Assembly: GCA_016717285.1 (NCBI GenBank) | Contig: JADKFU010000005.1 | Coordinates: 1,735,319 to 1,799,318 of the forward strand | Length of the DNA: 64,000 nucleotides | Source of the DNA: Chitinophagaceae bacterium | GTDB lineage: Bacteria > Bacteroidota > Bacteroidia > Chitinophagales > UBA10324 | Reading direction: 5' to 3' | Shown: positions 8,644-18,822 of the stretch, one piece after another | Numbering within the stretch: position 1 is the stretch's first letter | Layout: every line of letters begins with the position of its first letter | Notes under the pieces: generated by a model | Databases searched by the model: none | What the model saw: only the letters and a program-made list of their open reading frames with translations | Told to the model about the DNA's origin: nothing | Program-made: the position numbers and the translations under genes

Positions 8644-9260
8644 CGTTCATATTTGAAATACATAATAATTCCATAAACAATGTGCAGCAAACCAAAACCG
8701 AGTGCCCAGAAAAGAAGTCCGTTTCCCGGCGTAACGGCTGCCAGTAATCCTGCAATTATTTCACAAAAGCCAAGATAGCGTACGTCAGAAAGTGTGTATT
8801 TGCTGGCGTTGATCAATGCAAGTCCGTAAAAGATTAAAGTAGAAGGCGCAATTAATTCCGGAGCATGATAAAGCAGTACGAAACAAAACAATCCACCCAC
8901 AAAAAGCGGAATCATAAGATTGATCAGCAGGTTGCGACTGGTAGCATCCCAGATTTTCTGACCTTTTCGTTTTGCATTTCTGGTAGTAAAAAAAACACCG
9001 GTTATCAACGACATGAATAAAACTCCCGATGCAACAGCCGCAAGAAACCAGAGTGCAGGTACTTTATCAAGCACATGTTGTATGAATCCTGAATAATCAC
9101 GGTTTACATACTGCCAGGTTACATAAGCGCCGATCAATGCAAAGGTGCCGGCACAGATTCCGGAAAGGCCACTGAGGGAAATAAAACGGGAAGAACGTTC
9201 CATGAGGGAACGGATCTCATGAAGGTCCTCAAGGTGTTGTTCGGTGGATGAGTTCGCCAT
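8640..9260 (-). CDS. Hypothetical membrane protein (first gene of the wHTH operon)
   Basis: 206 aa. The cytoplasmic N-terminus (HLEDLHEIRSLMERSSRFISLSG) is followed by 5-6 hydrophobic segments. Confidence 0.6.
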   Translation of the reverse strand: MANSSTEQHLEDLHEIRSLMERSSRFISLSGLSGICAGTFALIGAYVTWQYVNRDYSGFIQHVLDKVPALWFLAAVASGVLFMSLITGVFFTTRNAKRKGQKIWDATSRNLLINLMIPLFVGGLFCFVLLYHAPELIAPSTLIFYGLALINASKYTLSDVRYLGFCEIIAGLLAAVTPGNGLLFWALGFGLLHIVYGIIMYFKYER

Positions 9261-9292
9261 ATTAAAAGTACTTTGTAGTGCAAAGTAAAAAC
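9261..9292 (-). promoter_or_regulatory. Conserved leader/operator-like element, copy 1, abutting the start codon at 9260
   Basis: Sense strand: GTTTTTACTTTGCACTACAAAGTACTTTTAAT-ATG. Contains the 7-bp inverted repeat TACTTTG-N5-CAAAGTA (9269..9287). Confidence 0.4.
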
Positions 9293-9494
9293 AAATAATC
9301 CGGATTTTTATTGTGGGAATTGAAAAATGGATAGAAGAAGTGGTTTGATGAGTGCTGACTCAAACCAGTGCTGAGGTTAGAATGGCCCATGTTGTCCTCT
9401 TAAAGTTTAAACATAATTACAGTAAGAAGTGAGGATAAAATCTCGTCCTATTTCCCCTGATTTCTGTTAAAATCCGCTATACTTGCGCCGTTTT

Positions 9495-11981
9495 ATGAAA
9501 CACAAGAATCCAACTGATAAAAAAGAGCACAAACAAATGGAGCAAGAGTCTTTGATTGCTCCGGAAGTCGTACAGCACAGCGATATTCCGGACATTACCG
9601 TTCAACCGATTGCCAAGCAATACCTCAAAGAAGTTAAGACCTTAATTCCGAACGGCAATCGTTTTTATTTTTCTGATGGCATTTCAGAAGTGGAAGTGAA
9701 GGTGGTTAGTGATGAAATCATTCGTGTGCGTGTTGCGCCGATGGGAGATTTTCTCGAAGAGTTTTCTTATGCAATAGACGACCATAAATTCCACCTTTCA
9801 CGCGTTGAAAAAAGGGAGACCGCCGATCACTACATCATTGCCACCAATTCCGTTTCCTGTCGCGTCAGAAAAACTGATTTTCTGATTTCATTTACTGATG
9901 TTAATGATTTGGTGATCAATGAAGATTCCATTCCTATGCATTGGGAGGAAAATGCTGAATACGGTGGTTACTATGTTTATTGCTCCAAGAAATGCCAGGA
10001 GGACGAGCATTTTTTCGGTCTTGGCGATAAAGCAGCGGATCTCGACATGCTCGGTAAGCGCTATACCATGTGGGGCACAGATGCTTATGCATACGATCGC
10101 GAACGTGATCCATTGTACAAGAACATTCCGTTTTATATTGGCATTCATAACAACGTGAGTTATGGTTTGTTTTTCGACAATACTTTCCGCAGTTTTTTTG
10201 ATTTTGCCGGTGAAGTAAAAGATACGGTGAGCTTCTGGTCTGATGGAGGTGAAATGCAATACTATTACATCCATGGTCCGCATATGATGGATGTTGTGAA
10301 GCGTTACTCAATGCTTACCGGATCTCATCCGATGCCTCCATTATGGGCATTGGGTTTTCATCAAAGCCGCTGGAGCTATTATCCTGAAGAAAATGTGAAG
10401 GAACTCGCAAAGACTTTTCGTGATAAGAAAATCCCCTGCGATGCCATTCATCTTGATATTGATTACATGGATGGATACCGTTGCTTTACCTGGAACAAAA
10501 AATATTTTCCCAACCCGAAAAAGATGATTACTGAATTGTCGGATGATGGATTCAAGACGATCGTCATCATTGATCCGGGAATAAAAGTGGATGAACAGTA
10601 TTGGGTTTTTAATGAAGGCCGAGACAACAAATATTTCTGTCGCAGAGGTGATGATTATTTTATGGAAGGATCAGTATGGCCGGGCCGTTGCCAGTTTCCG
10701 GATTTCACCAACCCGAAAGTGCGGGACTGGTGGGGCGGATTATTTAAAGAACTTGTTGAACAAGGTGTGGCAGGAGTGTGGAATGACATGAATGAACCGG
10801 CAGTTTTTGGTAATGGTACTTTCCCACTGGATGTACGTCATAATTATGATGGCTATCGTGGTTCTCACAGAAAAGCACATAACATTTACGGAATGCAGAT
10901 GGTACGTGCAACTTATGAAGGACTTAAAAAATTGCAGAAAAATAAACGTCCGTTTACCATTACCAGATCAGGTTATTCCGGTGTTCAAAGATTTACTTCT
11001 ACCTGGACAGGAGATAATAGTGCCACCTGGGATCATTTAAAACTTGCCATCCAGATGTTGCAGCGATTGAGCATGTCAGGCATTTCTTTCAGTGGATCGG
11101 ACATTGGAGGATTTACCGGCGAACCGGAAGGTGAATTGTATGCTCGCTGGATCCAACTCGGTGTTTTTTCACCGCTGATGCGTGTGCATTCTTCCGGTGA
11201 TACACGCGATAGAGAACCTTGGACATTCGGAGTGGCAGTAGAAAAAATAGCGAAAAAATTCATCGAGCTGCGTTATAAGTTATTGCCTTATATCTACTCT
11301 GTTTTCTGGGAAAATCACAAGTATCAGTTCCCGATGTTGCGTCCGCTCGCTATGTCGGAGCAGGAGGTAAAGGAAAATTTCGCACGTGATGATGAATTTA
11401 TCTATGGTGATAAATTGTTAGTTGCGCCGGTGATTGAGAAGGGTGCGCTTTCGCGACAAGTGTATCTTCCAAAAGGCATTTGGTATAACTTCTGGGATTT
11501 CTCCGTGTTGACCGGCGGTAAAACTTATGAAATAGCGGCAGCGCTGGATGAACTTCCTGTTTTTGTAAAAGCAGGATCCGTAATTCCCGAATATCCTGTG
11601 ATGCAATATGTAGGGGAACAGCAGATTGATGAAATGCTGCTCAATGTCTACTATGCTCCTTATCACGTAAAGTCATTTATGTTTGAAGACAACGGCGACA
11701 CATTTGGTTATGAGCAGGATATTTATGTAGAGAAAGAATTCAGCACACACGGCAATCAGCATGTGCTGGTGATTGAACAGGAGGCAGAAGGCATGTATTC
11801 ACCGAGGTACGAACATTACAGGATTAAGGTATATGGCATTCCTTTCACGGTAGGAAAAGTTTTTATTGATGAAAAAGAGGTGAAAGGAGTGAAGCAGGTG
11901 AAAAAAAATAAGATTCTTGTTTTACGCGCTGCGAAGAATTTCAAACGGATTGAAATTAAGAGTGCTGATACCAGATCGTAA
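9495..11981 (+). CDS. Glycoside hydrolase family 31 alpha-glucosidase
   Basis: GVWNDMNEPA (catalytic nucleophile region), TWTGDNSATWDHL and SGSDIGGF motifs. ATG at 9495 is preferred over TTG at 9483. Confidence 0.9.
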   Translation: MKHKNPTDKKEHKQMEQESLIAPEVVQHSDIPDITVQPIAKQYLKEVKTLIPNGNRFYFSDGISEVEVKVVSDEIIRVRVAPMGDFLEEFSYAIDDHKFHLSRVEKRETADHYIIATNSVSCRVRKTDFLISFTDVNDLVINEDSIPMHWEENAEYGGYYVYCSKKCQEDEHFFGLGDKAADLDMLGKRYTMWGTDAYAYDRERDPLYKNIPFYIGIHNNVSYGLFFDNTFRSFFDFAGEVKDTVSFWSDGGEMQYYYIHGPHMMDVVKRYSMLTGSHPMPPLWALGFHQSRWSYYPEENVKELAKTFRDKKIPCDAIHLDIDYMDGYRCFTWNKKYFPNPKKMITELSDDGFKTIVIIDPGIKVDEQYWVFNEGRDNKYFCRRGDDYFMEGSVWPGRCQFPDFTNPKVRDWWGGLFKELVEQGVAGVWNDMNEPAVFGNGTFPLDVRHNYDGYRGSHRKAHNIYGMQMVRATYEGLKKLQKNKRPFTITRSGYSGVQRFTSTWTGDNSATWDHLKLAIQMLQRLSMSGISFSGSDIGGFTGEPEGELYARWIQLGVFSPLMRVHSSGDTRDREPWTFGVAVEKIAKKFIELRYKLLPYIYSVFWENHKYQFPMLRPLAMSEQEVKENFARDDEFIYGDKLLVAPVIEKGALSRQVYLPKGIWYNFWDFSVLTGGKTYEIAAALDELPVFVKAGSVIPEYPVMQYVGEQQIDEMLLNVYYAPYHVKSFMFEDNGDTFGYEQDIYVEKEFSTHGNQHVLVIEQEAEGMYSPRYEHYRIKVYGIPFTVGKVFIDEKEVKGVKQVKKNKILVLRAAKNFKRIEIKSADTRS

Positions 11982-11987
11982 ACAAGT

Positions 11988-12716
11988 TCATTGTAAAGCG
12001 AGATATTGAATAGTTGCTGCATCCAACGGTCTGTTGTAAATGCTGACATCATCTATAGAACCGTTGAAGTAATAGTTCTTTCCATAGCCACCGCCATTTC
12101 CAATTACGAAATGTGCATTTGTATCCTGTAAGAATAAGCCTGCATGGAGAGCATCTTCTCCTGACTGTAAAATACCATTCAGATAAACTTTCAATGTAAT
12201 ACCGTCAGCAACATAAGCGACGTGCGACCATAGATTCAATTTCAAAATTGCGGAAGCTTTCAATGGATCAGTTCCATACACAGTCGTGCTGCCATCCGGT
12301 ATCCAATTATCAAGATTGAATACAGCATGATTAAAATGATTATCGAGACTGTATTCCCATGGACCATATACACTGCGTTTGCTCAGCATACAGATGGGTG
12401 CAACACTGTCAGACACATTGATCCAGCAACTAATGGTGAATTGATTGTTTGGAAAAGAGAGTGCTTCCAAATCACCAAAGTCAATAAAAGACGAATCGTT
12501 GCGGTTAAACAACATTGATTTATTGGCTTCACCGTGCCGGCTGATAGCTGGGTTTACGTTATGCATGACTCCGTTTATTCCGCTTACTTCTTCATAGCCA
12601 TTTCCATCCAATGAGAAACTTGCCACCAGACCGGTCGTAATATCAGGCGTAATGATTTCTGTCTTCTTACAGGATAAGAGCGTAAGTAAAAAAATGAATG
12701 CAGGAAGATATTTCAT
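11988..12716 (-). CDS. LamG/concanavalin A-like lectin domain lipoprotein
   Basis: Lipobox LLSCKK. NNQFTISCWINVSD and FNGSIDDVSIYNRPL are typical of Laminin_G_3 domains. Confidence 0.6.
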   Translation of the reverse strand: MKYLPAFIFLLTLLSCKKTEIITPDITTGLVASFSLDGNGYEEVSGINGVMHNVNPAISRHGEANKSMLFNRNDSSFIDFGDLEALSFPNNQFTISCWINVSDSVAPICMLSKRSVYGPWEYSLDNHFNHAVFNLDNWIPDGSTTVYGTDPLKASAILKLNLWSHVAYVADGITLKVYLNGILQSGEDALHAGLFLQDTNAHFVIGNGGGYGKNYYFNGSIDDVSIYNRPLDAATIQYLALQ

Positions 12717-12872
12717 TGATAATTGGGTGTAGTCAAGGTGTTACATTCAGATCAACTCTGTTATTCAGACGGCTCGAAGTGGAATGGCGTCAAGCAACAA
12801 TCAGACAATTTTAAAATGCAACCTTTTAGTCATTTAAAAATTCAACTTCATTAAAAAATATAGCAAATAACC

Positions 12873-13403
12873 TTATGGCTTCGTCATATAAATATCCATG
12901 AGACCTTCCGGCAATCGAATACGAATTTCCTTTTTTCGCTTGTCAATTTTCAAGATAACCTGTTCATTCCACGGAAACAATACTTCATTTCCCAAATAAA
13001 TAAACTGTCCAACATCATGATTCGGTAATTCAATGATGTTATCTAAAGGTGCAAGCAATCCGGCCGTTTCATCAATAAGGTTGAATCCGATAAAATCTGC
13101 CAGCGAAGAATAAGGCTTTGTTTTTTTCAGGGTGCTTTCATCCACATAAATTTCTTTACCGACTAATTGATCTGCAGCGGTTTTGTCTTTTACTTCTTCA
13201 AAATGAAACATGCAATGTCCTGATTCATTAAGGTCTGTTTCGTCTGGAAAGTAGGGGAGATAACTGTTTTTTGAATACAAGTAAATCACCGGTAATTTTT
13301 TCAATCGGGTAATAACGGCAGGATCAAGATAAGCGCGCAAATGTCCTTTTAATCCAAATGTTTTATTCAGCCTGCCTGCTTTGATGTAGGTTGGATTTTC
13401 CAT
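12873..13403 (-). CDS. rimM: 16S rRNA processing protein RimM
   Basis: GRLNKTFGLKGHLRAYLD N-terminal motif, a PRC-barrel-like C-terminus, and a position directly downstream of rpsP. Confidence 0.85.
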   Translation of the reverse strand: MENPTYIKAGRLNKTFGLKGHLRAYLDPAVITRLKKLPVIYLYSKNSYLPYFPDETDLNESGHCMFHFEEVKDKTAADQLVGKEIYVDESTLKKTKPYSSLADFIGFNLIDETAGLLAPLDNIIELPNHDVGQFIYLGNEVLFPWNEQVILKIDKRKKEIRIRLPEGLMDIYMTKP

Positions 13404-13426
13404 GAATGGTTTTGATCGGTTGCACT

Positions 13427-13460
13427 AAAAAAAGAAAGCTACCTCAGTTGAAGTAGCTTT
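13427..13460 (-). terminator. Stem-loop plus U-run between rpsP and rimM (terminator or attenuator)
   Basis: Minus-strand sense: AAAGCTAC-TTCAACTGAG-GTAGCTTT followed by CTTTTTTT. Confidence 0.5.
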
Positions 13461-13480
13461 CCAAATAAAGTCAATTCGAA

Positions 13481-13909
13481 TTAAGAAGCAGGTGTGGCAG
13501 CAACAGCAGGTCCGCCTTTTCCTTTTTTCTTTTTCAGGCCTTTGCGGCCTTTCTCTTTTGCATCAAGGATGGCAGTGCGGTGGGTATCTTCCCATTGCAG
13601 CCATTTCTGATCAGCCACATCCTGTGGAACAACGCCTTTCTTTACGCCACGAAGCAAATGCTTGTGGTAAAGAATGCCTTTGAAGGATAAGATTTTGTGA
13701 ACAGTGTCAGTTGGTTGAGCACCCTTTTGAAGCCAGTCTAACGCCTTGTCTTTGTTAATGTCAACAGAAGCAGGAATGGTAGTTGGATCATAGGTACCGA
13801 TTTGCTCAATAAATTTGCCGTCTCTTGGTGAACGGGAGTCAGCGATGATGATGTGGTAGAAAGGCTTTTGCTTTCTGCCCATTCTTTGTAATCTGATTTT
13901 TACAGCCAT
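13481..13909 (-). CDS. rpsP: 30S ribosomal protein S16 with Lys-rich C-terminal extension
   Basis: [42 protein letters not shown] is the canonical S16 N-terminus. Confidence 0.95.
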   Translation of the reverse strand: MAVKIRLQRMGRKQKPFYHIIIADSRSPRDGKFIEQIGTYDPTTIPASVDINKDKALDWLQKGAQPTDTVHKILSFKGILYHKHLLRGVKKGVVPQDVADQKWLQWEDTHRTAILDAKEKGRKGLKKKKGKGGPAVAATPAS

Positions 13910-14033
13910 TGTACTTTAGAAAAAGTTTTATGGGTTAGGGAAAACTTCCGAAGTCATTTCCCGGAAGGGCGGCAAAGGTAATCGGAATTTCTGAAAATTC
14001 CTCGCGAAGATTGGAATTAGATTCTTAAACGGT

Positions 14034-14094
14034 CCTTGCGAACTTAGAGCCTTAGCGAAAGCATTTTCGCGCAAAGGCGCTAAGTTCGCAAAGG
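14034..14094 (-). other. Long imperfect stem-loop in the prfB-rpsP spacer
   Basis: CCTTGCGAACTTAG (14034-14047) pairs with CTAAGTTCGCAAAGG (14080-14094). The loop holds a second small hairpin, GCGAAAGCATTTTCGC. No U-run follows, so it is not a canonical intrinsic terminator. Confidence 0.4.
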
Positions 14095-14157
14095 GGTTTA
14101 GCAATGGAACCATTTATAAAGCGTGTAACATATTCTTGAAAGAGCACATCCTGAATC

Positions 14158-15241
14158 TTAGTTCTTATCAGCCATGAGGAATGCCTTGATAAATTCATCC
14201 AAACCACCATCCAGCACGGCTTGTGGATTGCTTGTTTCGTAGCCTGTGCGCGCATCTTTCACAAGTTTATATGGATGCAGCACATAATTACGGATTTGTG
14301 AACCCCATTCAATCTTCTTTTTACCGGCTTCTATCTTGTCCCGTTCTTCATTGCGCTTGCGGATTTCCTCTTCATATAATTTAGACTTCAGCATTTTTAG
14401 CGCTTTGTCTTTGTTGCCCATTTGCGTGCGGTCTTCCTGACAAGCAATCACAATTCCGGAAGGTTTATGACGCAGCCGGACTGCAGTTTCCACCTTGTTT
14501 ACGTTTTGTCCGCCTGCACCACCGGAACGAAAAGTTTCCCAGGTTATATCATTGAGGTTGATTTCGATGTTGATGCTGTCGTCCACCAACGGATAAACAA
14601 ACACAGAAGCAAAAGAAGTATGTCTTCGTGCATTGGAATCAAAAGGAGAGATGCGGACCAATCGATGTACGCCTGATTCCGACTTCAGATAACCATAGGC
14701 AAAATCACCTTCAAATTCCAGCGAACAGGATTTGATTCCGGCTACATCGCCGTATTGCACATCCATTTCATGAATCTTATATCCGTTTTTTTCTCCCCAC
14801 ATAACATACATGCGCATAAGCATTGCTGCCCAGTCGCAACTTTCTGTTCCTCCTGCTCCCGCATTTATTTCGAGAATGGCACCCAATTGATCTTCCTGGG
14901 AAGTGAAGGTAGATTTGAATTCAAGTTCATCTACAGCAATCAGTGCCTGCTGATATTGTTTTTCAATATCATCAATATTGCCTTCTCCTTGCTGGTAAAA
15001 CTCAAACAACACTTCCGACTCATCCACTTTGGATTGGGCATCATTGAATTGCTGCACCCATTTTTTGTTGGATTGAATCTGTTTCATCACACCTTCTGCT
15101 TTTTTCGGATCGTTCCAGAATTCAGCAGCGGTGGATAGTTGTTCGTCTTCTTTGATTTTTTCTACTCTGTTTTCGTAGTCAAAGAAACCTCCTCAGGGCC
15201 TCAGTGCGGCTCTTTATATCTTTAAGTTGATCTATGGTCAT
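14158..15241 (-). CDS. prfB: Peptide chain release factor 2, expressed through a programmed +1 frameshift (join 15241..15182, 15180..14158)
   Basis: ORF0 is [20 protein letters not shown] followed by an in-frame TGA at 15181-15179. The +1 frame continues [14 protein letters not shown]... into the 310-aa track ORF, which carries SPF ([15 protein letters not shown]) and GGQ ([16 protein letters not shown]). Confidence 0.9.
15178..15193 (-). other. RF2 autoregulatory +1 frameshift site
   Basis: Sense strand AGGAGG-TTT-CTT-TGA-C: an SD-like AGGAGG, a 3-nt spacer, then the slippery CTT TGA C. The geometry matches E. coli AGGGGG-TAT-CTT-TGA-C. Confidence 0.9.
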
Positions 15242-15441
15242 AATGCGGGCAAAGGTAAATTATTTGGTAAGAAATGGTAACGTCTCTGTTTTACAGCCTT
15301 CCTCCACATAATTCTTCATCTTAAAAATTTAATTGACATAAAGTCAAGTTAATTACTGAATCAGCGCCAAAATTACCGATTGGCAATCCCAATACCGCCA
15401 TGGCAATGTATTTGACGACAACCGCCTGTAATTCAAAAAAA

Positions 15442-18066
15442 ATGAACCCAAATAACTTAACTATAAAATCGCAGGAAGCAATTCAAAAAGCGCAAGAATT
15501 GGCTTTTGCGAATCAAAATCAATCTATCGAAACAGGTCATTTGCTGAAAGGGTTGTTGTTAGTGGATGAAAACGTAGTTGATTTTTTGCTCAAAAAACTT
15601 GGTGTTAATATCAGTCATGTTGAAACAAGGTTAGATGAGCAACTCAATAAGTACCCAAAAGTAAGCGGTGGAAGTGGTCAATATCTTTCGAATGATGGAA
15701 ATCAGGTGCTGCTGAAAGCACAGAGCTATCTGAAAGAATACAAGGATGAATTTGTTTCCGTAGAGCATTTGCTATTGGCTTTGCTGAATGGTAAAGACGA
15801 AACCTCAAAATTGCTGAAGGATGCAGGTGTAAGCGAAAAGGATCTCAAGCTTGCCATTGCAGCATTGCGAAAAGGAAAAAAGGTGACAGATCAGTCTGCC
15901 GAATCCAACTATAACGCCTTAAACAAATATGCCAAGAATTTAAATTCACTGGCACAGTCCGGCAAACTCGATCCTGTGATTGGCCGCGACGAAGAAATCA
16001 GAAGAGTGTTGCATATTCTTTCAAGGAGAACCAAGAACAACCCCATTTTAGTAGGTGAGCCAGGCGTAGGTAAAACGGCCATTGCTGAAGGTATTGCACA
16101 TCGTATTGTGAATGGAGATATTCCTGAGAACCTGAAGTCAAAAAGCATCTTCGCGCTGGACACCGGAGCCTTGCTGGCCGGTGCAAAATTTCGGGGTGAA
16201 TTTGAAGAGCGGTTGAAAGCAGTGATCAAAGAAGTGACAGACAGCGATGGACAAATCATTTTGTTTATTGATGAGATTCATACGTTGGTGGGTGCCGGCG
16301 CTACGGAAGGAGCGATGGATGCCGCCAACATATTAAAACCTGCATTGGCGCGTGGTGAGTTGCGTACTATTGGTGCAACCACTTTGAATGAGTATCAGAA
16401 GTTCTTCGAGAAAGACAAAGCACTGGAGCGTCGTTTTCAAAAAGTAATTATTGATGAGCCGAATGAAGAAGATGCGGTGTCTATTCTTCGTGGATTGAAA
16501 GAACGATATGAAACGCATCATAAAGTGCGGATCAAAGACGAAGCCATCATTGCCGCGGTAGAACTTTCGCACCGTTATATTTCTGATCGTTTTCTTCCTG
16601 ATAAGGCCATTGACCTGATTGATGAAGCAGCAGCGAAGTTGCGGTTGCAGATGGATTCGCTTCCTGAAGAGCTGGATGAAATTGAAAGAAGAATCCGTCA
16701 GCTTGAAATTGAACGCGAAGCCATCAAGCGGGAAAATGATAAAAAAAAGCTGGATGAACTCAGCAAGGAAATCGCTAACCTGACTGATGAACGCAATGAA
16801 TTGAAAGCAAAGTGGCAATCGGAAAAAGATATTGCAGATAAGGTGCAGGTAACGAAGCAATCCATAGAGGAATTTAAGTTACAGGCAGAACAGGCTGAGC
16901 GTAGCGGCGACTATGGTAAGGTTGCAGAATTGCGATACGGAAAGATCCGGGATGCAGAACAAAAGCTGAAGGAATCAGAGCAAAATCTTGCGGAGATCAA
17001 CAAAGGAAGCCGCATGCTGAAGGAAGAAGTGGATGCAGAAGACATTGCAGAAATTGTTTCAAAGTGGACAGGTGTTCCTGTTTCAAGGATGATACAATCG
17101 GAGAAAGAAAAGTTGCTTCATCTCGAAGAAGAATTGCATAGAAGAGTGGTCGGACAGGAAGAAGCGATTGTTGCCGTGAGTGACGCCATACGCAGAAGCC
17201 GTGCAGGTTTGCAGGATCCGAAAAGACCAATCGGTTCCTTTATATTTTTGGGAACAACCGGCGTTGGAAAAACTGAATTAGCGAAAGCACTTGCCGAAGT
17301 ATTGTTCAACGACGACAATGCAATGACGCGCATTGATATGAGTGAATACCAGGAACGACATGCCGTTTCAAGATTGATTGGCGCGCCTCCGGGTTATGTT
17401 GGATATGATGAAGGCGGGCAGTTGACAGAAGCGGTTCGCAGGAAACCATATTCGGTAATTCTTCTCGATGAATTTGAAAAAGCACATCCGGATGTATTCA
17501 ATATTTTGTTGCAGGTGCTTGATGATGGACGATTGACCGATAATAAAGGGAGAGTGGTGAATTTTAAAAATACGATCATCATCATGACATCTAATTTCGG
17601 ATCGCAGATTATCCAGGAGAATTTTGAAAAAGTGGATGAAAGGAATAAACAGGGAATTATGGAAACTACCAAGATCGAAGTGATGGACCTCTTGAAAAAA
17701 TCTGTTCGACCTGAATTCCTGAACCGTATAGACGACATCATTCTGTTTATGCCATTGATGAGAGATGAGATTAAAGAGATTGTGCGGTTGCAGTTGAAAG
17801 CATTGGAAAAAATGCTGATGAAGAACAACATCAGGATTGGATTTACAGAAGAAGTGGTAGAGCAATTGGCGGAAGAAGGATTCGATCCACAGTTTGGCGC
17901 GCGTCCATTGAAGCGGGTGATTCAAAAAGATATTGTGAATGAATTATCGAAACGGATTTTAAGTGGTGAAGTGAGCAGCGATAGTGAGATTATGGTTATG
18001 AAAGACAAGAAAGGAAGTTTAGTTTTCAAAAACAGCGCTAAAGTAAAAGCGGAAGTTGTGGGATAA
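15442..18066 (+). CDS. clpB: ATP-dependent chaperone ClpB
   Basis: [21 protein letters not shown], two Walker A boxes ([10 protein letters not shown] and [12 protein letters not shown]) and a long coiled-coil middle domain. ATG at 15442 is preferred over the 15400 extension. Confidence 0.95.
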   Translation: MNPNNLTIKSQEAIQKAQELAFANQNQSIETGHLLKGLLLVDENVVDFLLKKLGVNISHVETRLDEQLNKYPKVSGGSGQYLSNDGNQVLLKAQSYLKEYKDEFVSVEHLLLALLNGKDETSKLLKDAGVSEKDLKLAIAALRKGKKVTDQSAESNYNALNKYAKNLNSLAQSGKLDPVIGRDEEIRRVLHILSRRTKNNPILVGEPGVGKTAIAEGIAHRIVNGDIPENLKSKSIFALDTGALLAGAKFRGEFEERLKAVIKEVTDSDGQIILFIDEIHTLVGAGATEGAMDAANILKPALARGELRTIGATTLNEYQKFFEKDKALERRFQKVIIDEPNEEDAVSILRGLKERYETHHKVRIKDEAIIAAVELSHRYISDRFLPDKAIDLIDEAAAKLRLQMDSLPEELDEIERRIRQLEIEREAIKRENDKKKLDELSKEIANLTDERNELKAKWQSEKDIADKVQVTKQSIEEFKLQAEQAERSGDYGKVAELRYGKIRDAEQKLKESEQNLAEINKGSRMLKEEVDAEDIAEIVSKWTGVPVSRMIQSEKEKLLHLEEELHRRVVGQEEAIVAVSDAIRRSRAGLQDPKRPIGSFIFLGTTGVGKTELAKALAEVLFNDDNAMTRIDMSEYQERHAVSRLIGAPPGYVGYDEGGQLTEAVRRKPYSVILLDEFEKAHPDVFNILLQVLDDGRLTDNKGRVVNFKNTIIIMTSNFGSQIIQENFEKVDERNKQGIMETTKIEVMDLLKKSVRPEFLNRIDDIILFMPLMRDEIKEIVRLQLKALEKMLMKNNIRIGFTEEVVEQLAEEGFDPQFGARPLKRVIQKDIVNELSKRILSGEVSSDSEIMVMKDKKGSLVFKNSAKVKAEVVG

Positions 18067-18139
18067 TATTCTCGCGTATAACGGCGAGCGAGAAATTATA
18101 AAAGGTTATTCAGGTTGATTAGCATGGCAAGAATAAAAA

Positions 18140-18171
18140 AGAGCATCCACATTCGGATGCTCTTTTTTTTT
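18140..18171 (+). terminator. Rho-independent terminator of clpB
   Basis: AGAGCATCC-ACATTC-GGATGCTCT followed by T9. Confidence 0.75.
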
Positions 18172-18189
18172 GCTTGGAATTTGAAAATA

Positions 18190-18807
18190 TTAAGATTTCC
18201 ATTTGATGGTACAACCAACCGCTTTGGTTGTTGTAACAGGAACGGATTTACCTGCAATCAATGCATTCACCGCATCTTCTACATACTTATGTTGTACAGC
18301 ACCGGCATCTTCGGTGTTGTCGTCAATTGCGCCGATGTAAGCAACATCATAACCTTTGTCAGTCTTGTTAAGCACAAACACATGTGGTGTTTTAGCAGCT
18401 CCGAATTGGCGGGCAACCTGTTGTGTTTCATCTAACAGGTAAGGAAAAGTGTAACCTTTCTCTTTGGCATTTTTCACCATGTTGTCGAATGAATCATCCG
18501 GAACAGCCACTACATCATTCGGATTAATGGCAATTACAGGATAACCCTTGCTCTTGTACATTTTATCCAATGCAATCACACGCTGCTCATAAGCTTTTGC
18601 ATATGGGCAATGGTTACAGGTGAAGATCACGATAGCGCCTTTGGCACTGTTATAATCTTTCAAAGAAACCATCTTGCCATCAATGTTTTTAAGACTGAAA
18701 TCTTTCACCGTATCACCAACTTTATATCCGGTGGTGGCAGCGGAAGTAAGAAATGCAACAGCTACAATAGCCATAGCAAAAATCTGCACTGATTTTTTCA
18801 TGTTCAT
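18190..18807 (-). CDS. Thioredoxin-fold (AhpC/TSA-redoxin-like) secreted protein
   Basis: Signal peptide, then VIFTCNHCPYAKAYEQRV, a CxxC-type redoxin motif. Confidence 0.75.
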   Translation of the reverse strand: MNMKKSVQIFAMAIVAVAFLTSAATTGYKVGDTVKDFSLKNIDGKMVSLKDYNSAKGAIVIFTCNHCPYAKAYEQRVIALDKMYKSKGYPVIAINPNDVVAVPDDSFDNMVKNAKEKGYTFPYLLDETQQVARQFGAAKTPHVFVLNKTDKGYDVAYIGAIDDNTEDAGAVQHKYVEDAVNALIAGKSVPVTTTKAVGCTIKWKS

Positions 18808-18822
18808 TTTTTTTAAGGGAGT

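Noticed and set aside
13481-13909. S16 is ~60 aa longer than the classical protein, which could indicate a fusion or mis-annotation.
   Set aside because: Lys/Gly-rich C-terminal extensions of S16 are common in Bacteroidota. The frame is continuous, so this is not anomalous.
13928-14255. Small ORFs (61 and 67 aa) in the prfB-rpsP spacer and overlapping the prfB 3' end.
   Set aside because: They overlap the structured spacer or the prfB coding region in another frame, and nothing supports them.
15330-15345. Inverted repeat TTGAC-ATAAA-GTCAA upstream of clpB as a heat-shock operator.
   Set aside because: It has only 5-bp arms, does not match CIRCE or other known heat-shock operators, and is too short to distinguish from chance.
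15909-17925. Long minus-strand ORFs inside clpB (116, 175, 185 and 145 aa).
   Set aside because: They are antisense shadows of a highly conserved gene. The Glu/Lys-rich sense codons keep the opposite strand open.
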